DNA of 53,968 nucleotides from Prorocentrum cordatum (lineage: Eukaryota), in assembly GCA_963575745.1 (NCBI GenBank), contig CAUYUJ010000277.1, forward strand, positions 62,001 to 115,968. Direction: 5' to 3'. How positions within the stretch are numbered: position 1 is the first letter of the stretch; every line of letters begins with the position of its first letter. This document shows, piece by piece, positions 1 to 13,095 of this stretch. The position numbers and the translations under genes were made by a program. The notes under the pieces are model-generated. The model was given only the letters and a program-made list of their open reading frames with translations. It made no database searches and was not told the DNA's origin.

Positions 1-1129
1 CGAGACCCTCTCAGTGGAGCGAGAGGCCGAAAACTGCCAACAACCTTCCAGCGTGACCTTGTCCCGACACGGGCATGCCTGTGAAGGGCGGCCTCCACAT
101 CACCTCTCGCGGCCTCTGGCTGGCAGGCGTTGCCGAGCGCCGCCGCCGCCGCGGCCCGCGCTGGGCAGCCCGAAGCGCCGCGCGGGACCAGCCGCAGGAA
201 TGGCCCGATGTCCTGAGAGGCGTCGATCGGGGGGAATGGCTCGGGGGGGGGGGGGGGAACATCGATGTGGAATCGGCGATACACCGCCGATTTGTCGGCC
301 ATGGGTCCCTGATAGCGAGTCCGCACCTTCACGGGCGGGGTGGGGCTATCAAGCCCCTGTCAATGATCTATGGGCGATGAGGCGTCGATGTCCCCCCCTG
401 AAACTAATCCCCCGATGGGTGCCCCCTGGCGGTCGGGTCATCACTCGACTCTCCGGCGGCCGCTCGGGGCGATGTGGTGCCCAGAACGCCCTCGGCGAGG
501 CGCAGCAGCTGGAAGGCATCCCGAGGCTGGGACACCGCCGAAAACCGACGAAAACGCCCAGATACCTCGAACATCCCAGCCATTCTCGAAAACACCTGGA
601 AGACCCGAAACGGGTATGGAAAAAATAGGCACGATGCCCGCCAACAAATGTTGTCCAAAACCGACGACAGCGGCCGCTGTTGGACAGGCGGCCTTCTGTC
701 TCAAATGGACAATCCCCGTAGCGGCACCGACAGCAAATCCTGTTCAGAGTGGACAGGAAACGCAGTCGGTCCCTGCACCCATTGTTTCCGTAACAAGTTC
801 GAACGTCCCGACATCCCCCCCCATCGTTGCCCCTGACGTCCACGACTGGCAGCGCCACGCCGCGCGCGGCGCCAGCCGCGCCGCGCGCGCGGGGCACCGC
901 CACAGCCCGCGCCGGGCAGCGCGGCGCGGGCGGCCCGGCGGCCACGAGCGGCAGCGCCGCCGCGCCGCGCGAGGTGCCGGCCGCGCCGCGTACGCCAGCG
1001 GCTCGCGCGCGCCAGCCAAGCGTGCGGGCGGCAGCGGCCCGCCCTGACAGCGGCATCCGCGCGGGCGGCTAACGCCCGTCTGCCCTGACAACCTCGCGTG
1101 ATGAGCAACCAAACCACCGACAACCACCA

Positions 1130-1185
1130 CAGCAAACCACCACCACCACCACCACCACCACCACCACCACACACACACACACACA
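1130..1185. repeat. (CCA)n followed by (CA)n microsatellite
   Basis: Direct reading: accaccaccacc... then acacacac. Confidence 0.9.
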
Positions 1186-1855
1186 TTGAAAAAATAACAC
1201 AACACGACTATTTAGATCCGCTGGCCCCCTTGTGGGGCTATCAGGCTGCGAGGCTGACTCTTGCTGCTCCCAGCACCACATTTCCAAGTCTCCAATGTTT
1301 GAGTCCTGCTTTCTGCTTCCAACTGTAGATTGTTGGAGGTCCGCGCGAGGGGGGAGCCAAAAAGAAGCCAGTTACCAGCCCCAACAGGCCAACATCGTTA
1401 ATTTTACAAGTGATTGAAGGAGTCTGGGGTTCTCGCATTTTCGATTTTTCCACGCTCCAAGATGGCTCAAGAAGCTCCAAGACCGCCCCAAGACAGCCAA
1501 AGACGGCCCGAGAGAGTCCCTAGATGGCCTAATGCCCAAGGAGCTATCCGAGAAGCCCAGAGAAGCCCCCAGGAGGCCAGAGGCCCCAAGAGGCGCCCAA
1601 TACGCGCCAAACAGGCCTCCAAGAGGCCCAAAAGATCCCCACGAGGCCCCAAGAGGCGCCGAAACCGCCTCCAAGAGGCCTCCGAGAGGCTCCCCACGAC
1701 ATCCCGACACTTATACAACGGGCCTCAAACCCACAACCCAAACACGGTGGTGGGATGTGCCGAAGGCCACTAGGATCCGCCGCCCCCTGCTGGCTTGCCA
1801 CAGGGGTGCCCGGCGTGCTTGACGCTACCGTTTTTGCCTTCGGTTCTCTTAATAA

Positions 1856-1857
1856 AC

Positions 1858-1912
<55 letters not shown>

Positions 1913-1922
1913 CTACAACATC

Positions 1923-1989
<67 letters not shown>

Positions 1990-2043
1990 GCAACAACCAC
2001 CACCACCACAACAACAACAAAAACAAAAACAAAAACAAAAAAA
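1856..2043. repeat. (AAC)n microsatellite grading into (AAAAAC)n
   Basis: Direct reading of ~180 bp of aac repeats. Confidence 0.97.
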
Positions 2044-2593
2044 ATGCGGCTCCGGCCCAGCTTGCCGGCCACCTGGAAGGGCGCGCAAGGCCGGGAAACG
2101 ACTTCAACGTCCACCACAAAAAAATCTACGGGTCAGTGCCTTTCCCGCTCCAAGATGGCCTAGACTGCCTCCAAGCCCGAGGCCCCCAAGTTCGCCCAGT
2201 ATGGTCAAAGACGGCGTCCACGACGGCCCAGGAGGGTCCAAGATGCCTCCAAGTCGGCCCAAGAAGCCTCCGAGACGGCCCAAGAGGCCCCCAAGAGGCC
2301 CCCAAGAGGCATCCAAGACAGCCCAAGAGGCCTCGCAAAGGTCCTCCAGGGAGAGGCCAAAGTAATCCCACCAGCCCTTTGGGCGTGAGTGGTTTAGAGA
2401 GCCCGCTCTGTTCTCAACCCCCTTCTTCCCCTTCGGGGAGGGGTTTACCCCTCCCCCTACCCCCTCCCCCTGGACCTGGAGAGGTCCTTTCGCGGGTGGT
2501 TGGAGGGGTCTTTTTCGACTCCTGAAAGGGCTAAAAAACGGCACCTCTCACGAGGATTCTGGCCCCGACGGGGGGGGGGAGAAAAAACCCGAC

Positions 2594-2780
2594 CCTCTTC
2601 TTTGAAGCCAAAATCATTGATGTTACTACGGTTTTGGCCCCATTTTGGCCTTTTGATGGGGGCAGCGCTAACTACAGCTCCCCTCTTCTTTCAAGCCAAC
2701 ATCATTGATTTTACTACGGTTTTGGCCCCATTTTGGCCTTCTGAGGGGGCAGCGCTAACAAAAGCCCCCCTCTTCTTTGA
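2594..2780. repeat. Two ~90-bp tandem units (ATCATTGAT-TTACTACGGTTTTGGCCCCATTTTGGCC...GGGGGCAGCGCTAAC)
   Basis: Near-identical units with atcattgat starting at ~2613 and ~2701. Confidence 0.8.
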
Positions 2781-2980
2781 TCGATTTCCTCCAAGATGGC
2801 CCCAAGAAGCGCCCAGGAGGCACCAAGAGGCCCCAAGATGGCCCCAAGAGGCCCCCTGGAGGCCCCCAAGAGGATCCCAAACGGCCCAAAGAGGCCCCCC
2901 CGAGGCACCCAAGACGCCGAAAAGCCCATCAGGACGACCCTCTACTCGCCTGGGCGTCGTTTCTGGACGGGCAGGAGGAG

Positions 2981-3170
2981 GGGCCCGAACGACTCACACC
3001 AGGACGAGGGGCCCGAACAACTCACACCACGAGAAGCCCGAACGACTCACACCAGGACGAAGAGCCCGAACGACTCACACCACGAAGAGCCCGAACGACT
3101 CACACCAGGAAGAAGGGCCCGAACGACTCACACCAGGACGAGAAGCCCGAACGACTCAAATCACGAGGAG
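2981..3170. repeat. Minisatellite, 7 units of 25-28 bp, core GCCCGAACGACTCACACCA
   Basis: Constant 19-nt core separated by 6-9 nt purine-rich linkers. Confidence 0.9.
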
Positions 3171-3897
3171 CGTTTTCTCTCCCTCCTCCTCCGCCTCGTC
3201 CTTCTCCCGCTCCCACCACAAGGAGGATGTACAAGGAGGCGGGAGGAAGGAGGAACAGGGGAGATATGCGGGTACAGGCGGAAACACGCCTGAAAAACAC
3301 GACTGTCGGCATGCTTCGCTAGGAGTTGTTGTTTCGAGATGGGCTGGTGGGGATACGCGAAGCGTGAAGAATTGATTTTCCTAAGGTTTTGAAGGTTTTT
3401 TGTGTTTCGATATTTTCGGTTTCCCGACGGCCCTAGACGAGTTTGAAGGGGGCTGGGAGGCCCCGCCAACAGCTTCGCCCCAGGCGAAGCCAAGCTCCAG
3501 GTCGGTTGCATCGTAGTAACGATAGTCCCAATGCAAGATGGGAAGCCATGTCAAGTAAAAGGAGATGCCTATTAGTATCGATAGCGATAGCGCGCCTCGC
3601 GATGAGGCACAGTCAAATCTAGGCGGCCGGCCGCTTGAACCAAGACGGCCGCGGGCGCGCGCTCGCTTCCGCTCCTTACGTCCCTCAACTCACTTAAGAG
3701 TCGGGGGGGGGAGACAAAGCGCGCGTCCGCCACCCATACAGCGAGAACAATTCAGCAGCTAACCTATGCGAAGACAGGAAAGGAGACGGACCCAAAGGAG
3801 TTGGACCCGTCAGCGAGTTGCCTCGCGAATGTAGGGCACACGCATCAGGCGGCGTCAGAACTTGATGTCTGGCCGGCCCGATATGGCGCATGTCTCT

Positions 3898-4551
3898 TCA
3901 GGTCATGTTTGAAGGTCTGTATACCTCCCATGACGTGTAGGAGATGTCTCTGTCAATGCGCCCTTTTGCGTGTCCATCCGCAGTCATATCGCGGGTATCA
4001 CACCACTGGATGCTATGCACGATCCCGCGCTCCATCATCTGTCGTATCCGACTTATGTGTCCTAAAAGGGTACACTCAGTCGGCTTCTTCAAGTCTTTGC
4101 TCGACAACGGCTTAAAGACAGACTCAGCATCGATGGTCCAAGTGACCTCGATGCACAGGCCACCCAACCCAAGTATGTCTTTCAACTGAGTGGGTGTGAG
4201 TGGCCCCGAATCGAGCTCGTGCAGAGTCACCATCGTGGGATAACAGTCCTCCAAATTATGGGCTGCTGCAAGTGTCTCTGCTGAATAGCTTGACCGGACT
4301 TACAAGCAGTGAGACTTGCAGTACGCATCAATCAAGTGTACGACAGGCTTGCCAGATGACGTGCTTCCACGTCGTAGCAGGTTTGCCCCGCGAATGCCAT
4401 AGCCTTCGACGTCGTCATCGGCGTCTCCACTCAGGCGTCGATAGCCTGAGTCGCTATGTAAGTCGACCTCGAACGTGGGGTTCATCGCCTGGTAAACGAT
4501 CTTCTTCGAGCAGGCCTGTAACTTTCTGGTGATCGCGTTTAATCGTCGCAC
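3898..4551 (-). pseudogene. Copia RNase H (frameshifted)
   Basis: Motifs DLHSDSGY, WTIDAESVF, and WCDTRDMTADGHAKG (Copia ..M.AD.LTK) across ORFs 4300..4551 and 3898..4254. Confidence 0.8.
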
Positions 4552-5951
4552 TGGAATATTGGTCGGTTCTCACGCTGGAGAGATACTACATAGACCATCA
4601 ACCAAATCTGGGTGATCAATGCGTATGCCAGCGCACCTCTGAGGCTGACGAACATATCTGCCACCATCTCGGTCGCTTGGGCGTCAGCGTCCGCGCCAGT
4701 CAACTCATGATGTTGTATAGGGCGGAGCTGTTTAATGGATTCATATTGATCCAAAGTGACAGTGCCGTCCTCATCCTTGGTGCACCTCACAGCACAGTTC
4801 GTATATGTGTGCTTGTTGAGTTTACACTTACCAAAGGTATCCTCAACGCATTTGACATACTTGTCAATGGTGTCCTCAGTACCATCAATGTTAATGTCAT
4901 CCACATGTTTGGCCGTGAGCAAGTTAGTGCTCGTCTCGAACTCCTCGTCGTAAGAAGTAGGTCGGAGGCCTAATCCTCTGATGGTTCTCCTGAACTTAAC
5001 TGAGAAAGCCCGTGGGGCGTCCTTAGTGCCTGTGCCCGGTTTCAAGCACTGCAGGCAGTGCTTTGACTCGTCGTAGTTCTCAAACCCTGGAAGAGTACGG
5101 AGCACAGTTGCCGACCCAGGCGGCAAGGTAAAACACACCGCACTTTCCTTTTCACCAGTTGCCTCGGCGAGTTCTCGATAGGTCAATCCTTCTAGGAAGG
5201 CCATGTTGATGTCCAGGGAAGCAATGATCCACTGTTTCTTGCACGCTGCCGTGCTGGCAAGTAGCCTCTGGCTTGACCTTCTGACTGTTCCCCAAAATAT
5301 CTCTACATCGATAGCTTCCAGGCCCATGAGGCCTCGAAGTACCAGACGAAGTCGGATGGCGCGTTCCATCTCACCCTTGTCGTGTTTAACGACTTTCCGA
5401 TTGTATACATATCTCGAAGTCATGATGTCCGACGCTTTGGCGATCTCCTGTAATTTGAAGCATTTATTGTCGAACCATGCCTTGACTTCGGTGAACAGGG
5501 CCTTCAAATGTTTCTCGGGATTCGCCTGGATGTCAGCCGTAGTGAAGACGTCGTCTTCCTTGACGACCACAGCTCGCTTTGCAGCGGCAGCAACATATAC
5601 TCGCATGGTGGTCACCCGGTCTGCGTCTAACAGAATTTGTTGCTGCTCGAACAAGACGACCTTTGACATCTCCGTTGTGAGGCAGGGTTCAACGCATGGA
5701 CCGTTTTCGCCAGAGTCGAGTCCACAGCTGTCGTCTTCGACCAGGGCCCACAAGGGAGCGAAGTACGTTTCCTCAGTCTCAGGATCATGAGTGCGCCCCC
5801 ATTTCGGCGGGTGTCCCCGCTGTTCATCAGCCACAGTGGTCAACGCACTCTGGTCAGGATACATATGTGTGGGTACGGTAAAGAGTTCTTCTAGTGGAGC
5901 TGCCTCCAACAACTCCTTTTCCTCTCGCAACTCTGGGTACCATACCTCCAT
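4539..5951 (-). pseudogene. Copia reverse transcriptase (RVT_2-like)
   Basis: IMTSRYVY, RLRLVLRG, LDINMAFLEG, LKPGTGTKDAPRAF, and KHVDD catalytic motif. Confidence 0.9.
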
Positions 5952-8291
5952 AACATGTGACTCAAGATCAGCTTCTGATTCTTCGTGGATCGTAGACAGC
6001 CGTCCGTCATCATTTTCCGGCTTGGCTTCTGAAGCCTATCTAGCGGCCCCTCAGGTGGCGGCGCATCAGCCAAGTCCTCGAACTTTGACATATCCTGATC
6101 GAAGCCTGCCTGAGGCTTGATGGACGTCAGGCATTGGATGATTCGTGAGTGCTGATTGAGTTATACCATGTATGTTCAGAGCAGTACCTTCTGCTTCATA
6201 GTAATGGAATTCTGGATTCACGTCGTTATTGTAATGAACCAACGTGCAACTGTCAGCATAAGTAACCGGGGGTAGCTTATGAATACTCGTGGCTAATATG
6301 ACCGAAACAACGTTATCGATACGGAAGAAGTGTCTGATGAGATTTTGTAGGGCCAAGTGTACCTCTGGAGATAGTCGACTTGCCGTTGGCATATGAAGCG
6401 TACATTTCTTGGCCGGCACATAACCACATGTCAACGCAGGTCTCCCCGCTGAAAGGCTAGCTACGAATGTCAACATTGTGCGTAGTGCAGTGCTGTCGGA
6501 GCCAATCCCTCGGGCTATGAGTGCTTCAATGTAGAGCGAATGTCTTGCATCGCCGTATTGTACTTGAACATCTCGGTTGCCTACTCGGATGATGACCTGA
6601 CCCCTGCCTACTCGGATGATGACCTGACCCCTTTCAGGATCATTCTTCACAACTGGGAGCGGGCCATTCCAACCTCCCCAGTCATCTTTAGTAGTCGTAG
6701 GGCGATGGTAGTCAATCAAATCTCCTTCGTCATAATAATGCTGACCAGTAATGGTCGTCTTAGCGCGTAGTGCACGATTGGTCTTAGCTACTGCCGTGGC
6801 CTGTGTGATGGCCTCGAAGTACCAGACGAAGTCGGATGGCACGTTCCATATCACCCTTGTCGTGTTTAACGACTTTCCGTTTGTATACATATCTCGAAGT
6901 CATGATGTCCGACGCTCTGGCGATCTCCTGCAGTTTGAAGCATTTATCGTCGAACCCTGCCTTGACTTCGGTGAAAAGGGCCTTCGATATTTTCTCGGGA
7001 TTCGCCTGGATGTCAACCTTAGTGAAGACGTCGTCTTCCTTGACGACCACAGCTCGCTTTGCAGCGGCAGCAACATATACTCGCATGGTGGTCACCCGGT
7101 CGGCGTCCGACAGCATTTGTTGCTGCTCGGACAAGACGGCCTTTGACATCTCCGTTGCGAAGCAGAGTTCAACGTATGGACCGCTTTCGTCAGAGTCGAG
7201 TCAACAGCTGTCGTCTTCGACCAGGGTGCACAAGGGAGCGAAGTACGCTTCCCCAGTATCAGGATCATGAGTGCGCCCCCACTTCGGCAGGTGCCCCCGC
7301 TGCTCATCAGCCACAGTGACCAACACACTCTGGTCAGGAACCATATGTGTGGATACAGTAAAGAGTTCTTCTAGTGGGACTGCCTCCAGCAATTCCCTTT
7401 CCTCTCGCAACTCTGCGTACCATACCTCCATAACATGTGACTCAAGATCAGCTTCTGATTCTTCGTAAATCGTAGACAGCCGTACATCATCATCTTCTGG
7501 TTCGGCTTCTGAATCCTCTCTAGCAGCTCCCTCAGGTGGCGGCGCATCAGCCAAGTCCTCGAACTTTGACATGTCCTGATCGAAGCCTGCCTGAGGCTTG
7601 ATGGACGTCAGGCATTGGATGATTCGTGAGTGCTGGTTGAGTTATATCATGTATGTTCAGAGCAGTACCTTCTGCTTCATAGTAATGGAATTCTGGATTC
7701 ACGTCGTTATTGTAATGAACCAACGTGCAACTGTCAGCATAAGTAACCGGGGGTAGCTTATGAATACTCGTGGCTAATATGACCGAAACAACGTTCTCGA
7801 TACGGAAGAAGTTGCTGATGAGATGTTGCAGGGCCAAGTGTACATTTGGAGATAGGCGGCTTGCCGTTGTCATCTGAAGCGCACATTTCTTGGTCGCCAC
7901 ATAGCCAAATGTCAACGCAGGTCTCCCCGCTGAAAGGCTAGCTACGAACGCCAACATTGTGCGTAGTGCAGTGTTGTCGGAGCCAATCTCTCGAGCTATG
8001 AGTGCTTCAGTGTAGAGCGACTGTCTTGCATCGCCGTGTTGGACTTGAACATCTCGGTTGCCTACTCGGATGATGACCTGACCCCTGCCTACTCGGACGA
8101 TGACCTGACCCATTGCATGATCATTCTTCACAACTGGGAACGGGCCATTCCAACCTCCCCAGTCACCTTTAGTAGTCGTAGGGCGATGGTAGTCAACCAA
8201 ATCTCCTTCGTCATGATAATGCTGACCTGTAATGGTCGTCTTAGTGCGTAGTGCACGATTGTTCTTAGCTACTGCCGTGGCCTGTGTGATC
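5331..8291. repeat. 1.48-kb tandem duplication inside the Copia pol (units ~5331-6810 and ~6811-8291)
   Basis: gcctcgaagtaccagacgaagtcggatggc starts at both 5331 and 6811; ctgccgtggcctgtgtgat ends both units; duplicated peptides (QATAVAK, VYVAAAAKRAVVVKEDD). Confidence 0.95.
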
Positions 8292-8375
8292 GCCTTAATG
8301 CGTACCCTGCGTATTGTCTGTTCACGAGAATGATCTGCTTGTTCTGTCGACTGCTCGTGGTCCAGAACAGGGAGG

Positions 8376-9092
8376 TCAGGGAGCATTGCTGGTTGCCGCC
8401 CACAATAGTGCACTGCATGGAGACACCTCGTTGTAGAAAGTGAATGCGTTGGCAGTAAACATAGCTTCATGCAGTAGTCTAGTGAACACAAGAGGTAAGT
8501 CTAACCTATCGAGTTCAGCCTCCATTACGTGGAGTAGATGACGTAGGATGCCATTTCTGGCCGCGATCGTCGTAGCGAGCTGTCCACGCGCACGTATTCT
8601 AAGTTCAGTGTCCTGTGCCTTGGGGACTGCTTTCGCAGTATCGTTATTAAGTGCACCTTCTCCATCCGAGTAAAGTACTTTAGTTGGTCCAATATGCATC
8701 CAGCACTGATGATATGCATCCAGGATAGTAGTCATCGTTTTATCTGGTATTTCCATACCAGTAGCAAATCGTATACAACGATCGATAATGTGAAATAGAC
8801 AATGTTCTTGCTTGTAGAACATCAAGTCACATTCCACTGCATCATTAACTTTGCCAGGCAATGCAGTAGAGGGTATAACTGTGTGTCCAGGTTTGTCCCA
8901 AGCTCTGCATTCTCGGCATGTCTCGCAGACGCCCTTGATGAGGTTGACTCTAACATTATCCAGACCTATTTTGCTTAAGATGAGTCTCATCCTAGGCTCT
9001 TTCGCATGAAACCAGCGTAAATCTAGCTTCCGCAACCCGCGCGTTACCACGCTGGGGTGAAGGCTTCGTAAATTGTAGACTGATGTGTACAT
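8376..9092 (-). pseudogene. Retroviral-type integrase (zinc-binding region + DDE core), decayed
   Basis: LRKL(D)LRWFHA...CETCREC zinc-binding region, VECDLMF, HIIDRC, LYSDGEG; the expected catalytic E appears mutated (IAARNG). Confidence 0.85.
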
Positions 9093-9732
9093 CGAACCGT
9101 GACCAGTCTTGTATTCGTGCTAGTGCGGCAGGGTTCCCTGCTGGTGGTGGTGGAGGCGCTTCTCCACCTTGCTGTCGACAACGCCTGACTCTAACCTGTG
9201 GTAGTCGGAGGTTGCCATCCGAACTACCGGCTCCACTTGAGGCAGGTTGCCCTGCAGCAGGCTCAGCAGCATGTCTTCCAACAGTGATGTCGTGACTGCT
9301 TGCACCTGCGGTAAATCCAGCTCTCAGGCCAGGTCTAGGTGCTCTCAGTCCCGTAAGTGCTGGCGCCGCTGGTGCCCCAGGTGGAGGCGCTGCAACAGCA
9401 GGATCTGGCGGTGCAGGTCCTGCTGCCGGTCCGACGGGACACGGCGGGATCTGTCCATGATTGTCGGGAAGCTTCCAAGGATTTGCAAACTTGCATTTGC
9501 CAGATGTTAGTACATGTCCAGGTTTGTTCTTCCCGTAGTTCTTCCAACTCGGACACTCCCAATGATAGTCATCCTTGTCGTACCATCTGCAATGTCTCGG
9601 ATTCCGATCATGATGGAGAGTGCATATCCACGTTATCCGCGCAGGCGGGACAGCCAAGCCCTCCCGACGGTGGTCTCGTAATCGAGCCGTCCGGTTGTCG
9701 GGGAACACTCGGGTCGTCCAGATCGTATCCCC

Positions 9733-10575
9733 CTACGTTGGTCGCCAACACGTTAGATGAATATGGGTGACCATGGAAAGGGCCAAGAGTTGTTTGGAAA
9801 ATGTTGTGTGCGATCTGAGCAGTTTCAACAAAGAGCGACTGCAGATTTGGTGTATACTGTGCAGCGCAGCCATGGACAGATCTGCATTGCACACCGAAGC
9901 ATGTGGATGATGGCCCTCACATCGCTTTCGTTCAAAGGGCGAAAGGAGTATGCGATGGTTAGCCATGATCTCAGTCGGTTTTCGTATTAGTACCCCATGG
10001 GAATCGCGTCGGCCTGTACTACATGGACCCATATGTACCTTGCAAGTACCCTTGCTGTTGGCCAACGTAGTCCATGGCGGTATCTGATCCACCCAAGTCC
10101 CAACTGGTTGTTCTCGTAAATAGAACCGTCGAAGATAATTTTGACGCACAGCTACCTCCCCACAGAACTTGATGTGTGGCAAATCCTCCTTATGATTTTC
10201 ATGCCAGGCGCCGTAGTCAACCGTGGCATTGAAGCAGGAAGGCAAGCCAGTCGTTCGGCAGCTGGGTTGTAGCATGACAACCTTAACGAAGAAAACGCAT
10301 AAATAGTGCATCACTGCATCTTGGACCTCCTTATTTCCAAGATCAACGAAAGTACGTTTGTCGAGGTTTCCCCCTGAAGACATACCTCGGCTGAATGCTA
10401 GCTGGGAGATGCCTCCGGTTTCCCCACATAGTTCTAACATATCTACCTTGTTGTGTCGTCCATAACACAGGGTGGGGATTACGGGGAATACATCTGCATA
10501 GGACTCAGCAAGCTGCCCTGCAGGTAGGGTGATGAAGGTCTCCTTTTCACCGTTGCTATCCGTGTCGGAGTCCAA
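9733..10575 (-). pseudogene. C5 cytosine DNA methyltransferase-like domain within the Copia polyprotein
   Basis: Ordered DNMT-like motifs: MLELCGETGGIS (motif I), VMLQPSC (motif IV PC), YLREQP (motif VI), RKPT (motif VIII-like), then CEGHHPH. Confidence 0.6.
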
Positions 10576-12449
10576 AGGTACATCGGTGTAGTACGAGCTA
10601 CACCCGAGTCCTTTAAGGTCGTCTCCACAGTCGTCGTTGCCTTCTTCGACTATGTTGGGTATCTTGCGTGGTTTGATGCCAGCTACTTTGCCTGCCTTTT
10701 GTTTTCTTGTTGCTTAATTCTGGCATATGTTGGTAGTGCTGTCTGGCGCTCTGTTTCTGGTAAGCAAAGTGTCGGAAAGTCTGGAAAAGAAGGAAATTCT
10801 GGAATAGAGGGTAGCACGCTGCCGCGCTCAATCGAAGGGGGAGGAAGACGATCGTCATCGATGATCGCCACTCGCCTTGAGCGCGGTCGTGAGCTGCCGT
10901 CTCCCAGGAGAGTTGGTTCCGGCTGCTCCCAGTACAATCGAATACGAATGTTAGTGACTCCATCCGGTAATGGTGCGTCGTAGTTGTACCCAGTCGGTTG
11001 GTCCTGGATCTTGATGCCCTGGATGATCTCGTAGTCGTCCAGGTTCGTAATCACCCGTCTCACAACATGGTCCCAGTCGGTGCCAGTCTTAGGAGACTGA
11101 CCATAAGTTCGGACTCCTGTATCCACACGAATATGAGAACTCAGATGTACAGCACTTGCATGGTTTCTCTGCGTTTTATTCAAGTCCATTTGGTCGATGA
11201 ACCTTGCGGTCATGATCGCTCATGTCTTATGCCGCCATTCGGCTTTCTGAGCACCTTGTCCGTACCTGTCCAGAAGATGCTCAGCAGGATCTGCAGGTTT
11301 CCCTGCTCTGTTGCATGGGCCTCTCCACAAGTTGGTGGAGATGCGGTTGCACGTAGTTGCCCCTTGCAGATATGATCCGCTGGGCAACTTGTTCGCGCGG
11401 TCGTACTTGAGGCCGAAAGGCAGAACCTCATGCGCATGACTTGTAAATCAAGATCTTCAATAACATCCCGCATCGGACCTTGTCTCCAGAAATACCCTGG
11501 TGGCCCCACCAGTACAATAGTCATACGTAGAGCCCGAGCCTTTGAAATCATATTTTGGATACGCTGGCAATGAGGCCCTGCCCGTTTGCCAGCCAACCTC
11601 ACATACCAGTCGGCAGGTGTTGCGACCCACAACAGTTCGTAATCACCCAAAAGTAGAGCACCCAAATATGTGTGATACGGTCGCACATGTATCCACGGGC
11701 TCGGAGTTCAGGGCAAGCTGTCCGCACATCCTCAATAACGAATGCACGAGAATGATAGTGATGCGACAATCCTTCTTTTTCTGCAGCGGCCACACAGCCG
11801 GGTCCACTGCCGTCTGCGGCACCCGCACAGCCGGGCTTGCCACGGTCCCTGGCACGCACAGCCGGTGCCTGGGAAAAGATTGCAGGTTTCCCCGCGTTTG
11901 CTGACAGCACCTGAGTGGTCGGCCTGTCCTTGCAAGCGCGAGTGGCCGTGGCACGCGTCTGCCCCCGTCACTCGTTTGACGAACCCCACCCTCCTGATGG
12001 GGGGGTCCAAATACCAGTGCCGTGCTGCGCTGCAGAACTGCTGCTCGAAGTGAATAAACTTCTCAACAGTTTCATTTTCTTCCGCAGGTGTCCCTGCATA
12101 TGCGTCAGGAGGAGTCCATTTCTTCCCCTCCTCGTGAATGGCCTGATAGATCTTCGCCTGCAGATTGTGGAGGGCGAAGTCTTTGTCGGCCGAGGTAGGG
12201 ATAGTTCCAGAGGACGCATTTCTGTGATGCCAGGTCCTCAAGGTGTTGTTCACCAAAAACTGGATCGTGAAAGCGAGCGTCTCCTCGTTGATGGAAGAGC
12301 TGATGCCTTGCGCGTCTTGCGACATCATGCATGCATGGGCATCGCGCACAGCAGCTGCCCCTGCAGTTTGCTCTGGGTCGGAAGCCTCATTGACAAGCAA
12401 CGGAGCTTCCTCACATTGAGGATTGACCGTGATCGTGAAGGACATCGAC

Positions 12450-13095
12450 CCTTGGTCCTCCGTAGCCTTTTCGCATTCATCGGCCTTGAGTGCCAGGTGC
12501 CCGGAGGGCGTCTTCATCAAATCAAGTACCCTGACACCCTTTCCAAGTGGAACCTTGTACATTTCCACTCCAGGAATGATCATCTTCCCGTGCCCCTGCT
12601 CGGGGATCAGGATGGCCCACATGTTGGACATGCTCCTCAGACCCAGAATAGCAGGGAGGTTCTCTCCAGAGCCCTCAGCCACATTTGCTGAGTATGTGTC
12701 GAGTCTCGGCACAGCAGGTTCCCCCGCAGAATCTACTCTTCCTTTGCACGCGATTTTGCAGTGCAGGGGTTATCACAAATCGCAGCACCGTGTCCGACTC
12801 CAGACACATACAGAATATTTGAGAGGTTCAACCTTTTGATGGCGTGTCCGAGGGAACGTGATATCTGCTCGAAATTCTGCCCCGTCTTCAAACAAATGAT
12901 ATTAATGTTACTGCCAATATCCAATAGAATAGTCAACATACCGTTGATCATGGTCCCGCTGTCGGCTGCCAGAGCTAATTCATGGCGTTCGCCGAATAGT
13001 CCAGGGACTTCCGATACTGTCGTACCGTGTAGGCCTTTACGGCGCCGTTGTTCCAACATCCAATCGTTTCTTGACAGAGATGTAGACACATTCAT
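12450..13095 (-). pseudogene. Retropepsin-like aspartic protease (frameshifted)
   Basis: ILLDIGSNINII active-site motif, YVSGVG flap, LPAILGLRSM and TPSGHL in the next frame. Confidence 0.75.

Larger units (their letters stand above)
1455..2900. repeat. Degenerate ~10-11 bp minisatellite (CCAAGAGGCC / CCAAGATGGC family) in three blocks (~1455-1700, ~2150-2350, ~2790-2920)
   Basis: Recurrent ccaagaggccc, ccaagacggccc and ccaagatggccc units; overlapping ORFs are low-complexity artefacts. Confidence 0.75.

Noticed and set aside
2639..2740. Spliced-leader relics (CCATTTTGGC twice)
   Set aside because: Lack TCAAG, are part of a tandem repeat unit, and precede no gene.
2981..3170. CRISPR-like array (19-nt constant core with variable linkers)
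   Set aside because: Linkers are only 6-9 nt and similar to each other; no cas genes; eukaryotic context.
11..3375. ORFs in the GC-rich start, poly-Asn/Thr ORFs and PR-rich ORFs
   Set aside because: Overlapping frames on both strands, low complexity, no recognisable domain.
3380..3900. 3' LTR and polypurine tract of the Copia element
   Set aside because: No second copy in the window and no clear TG...CA ends, so an LTR cannot be delimited.
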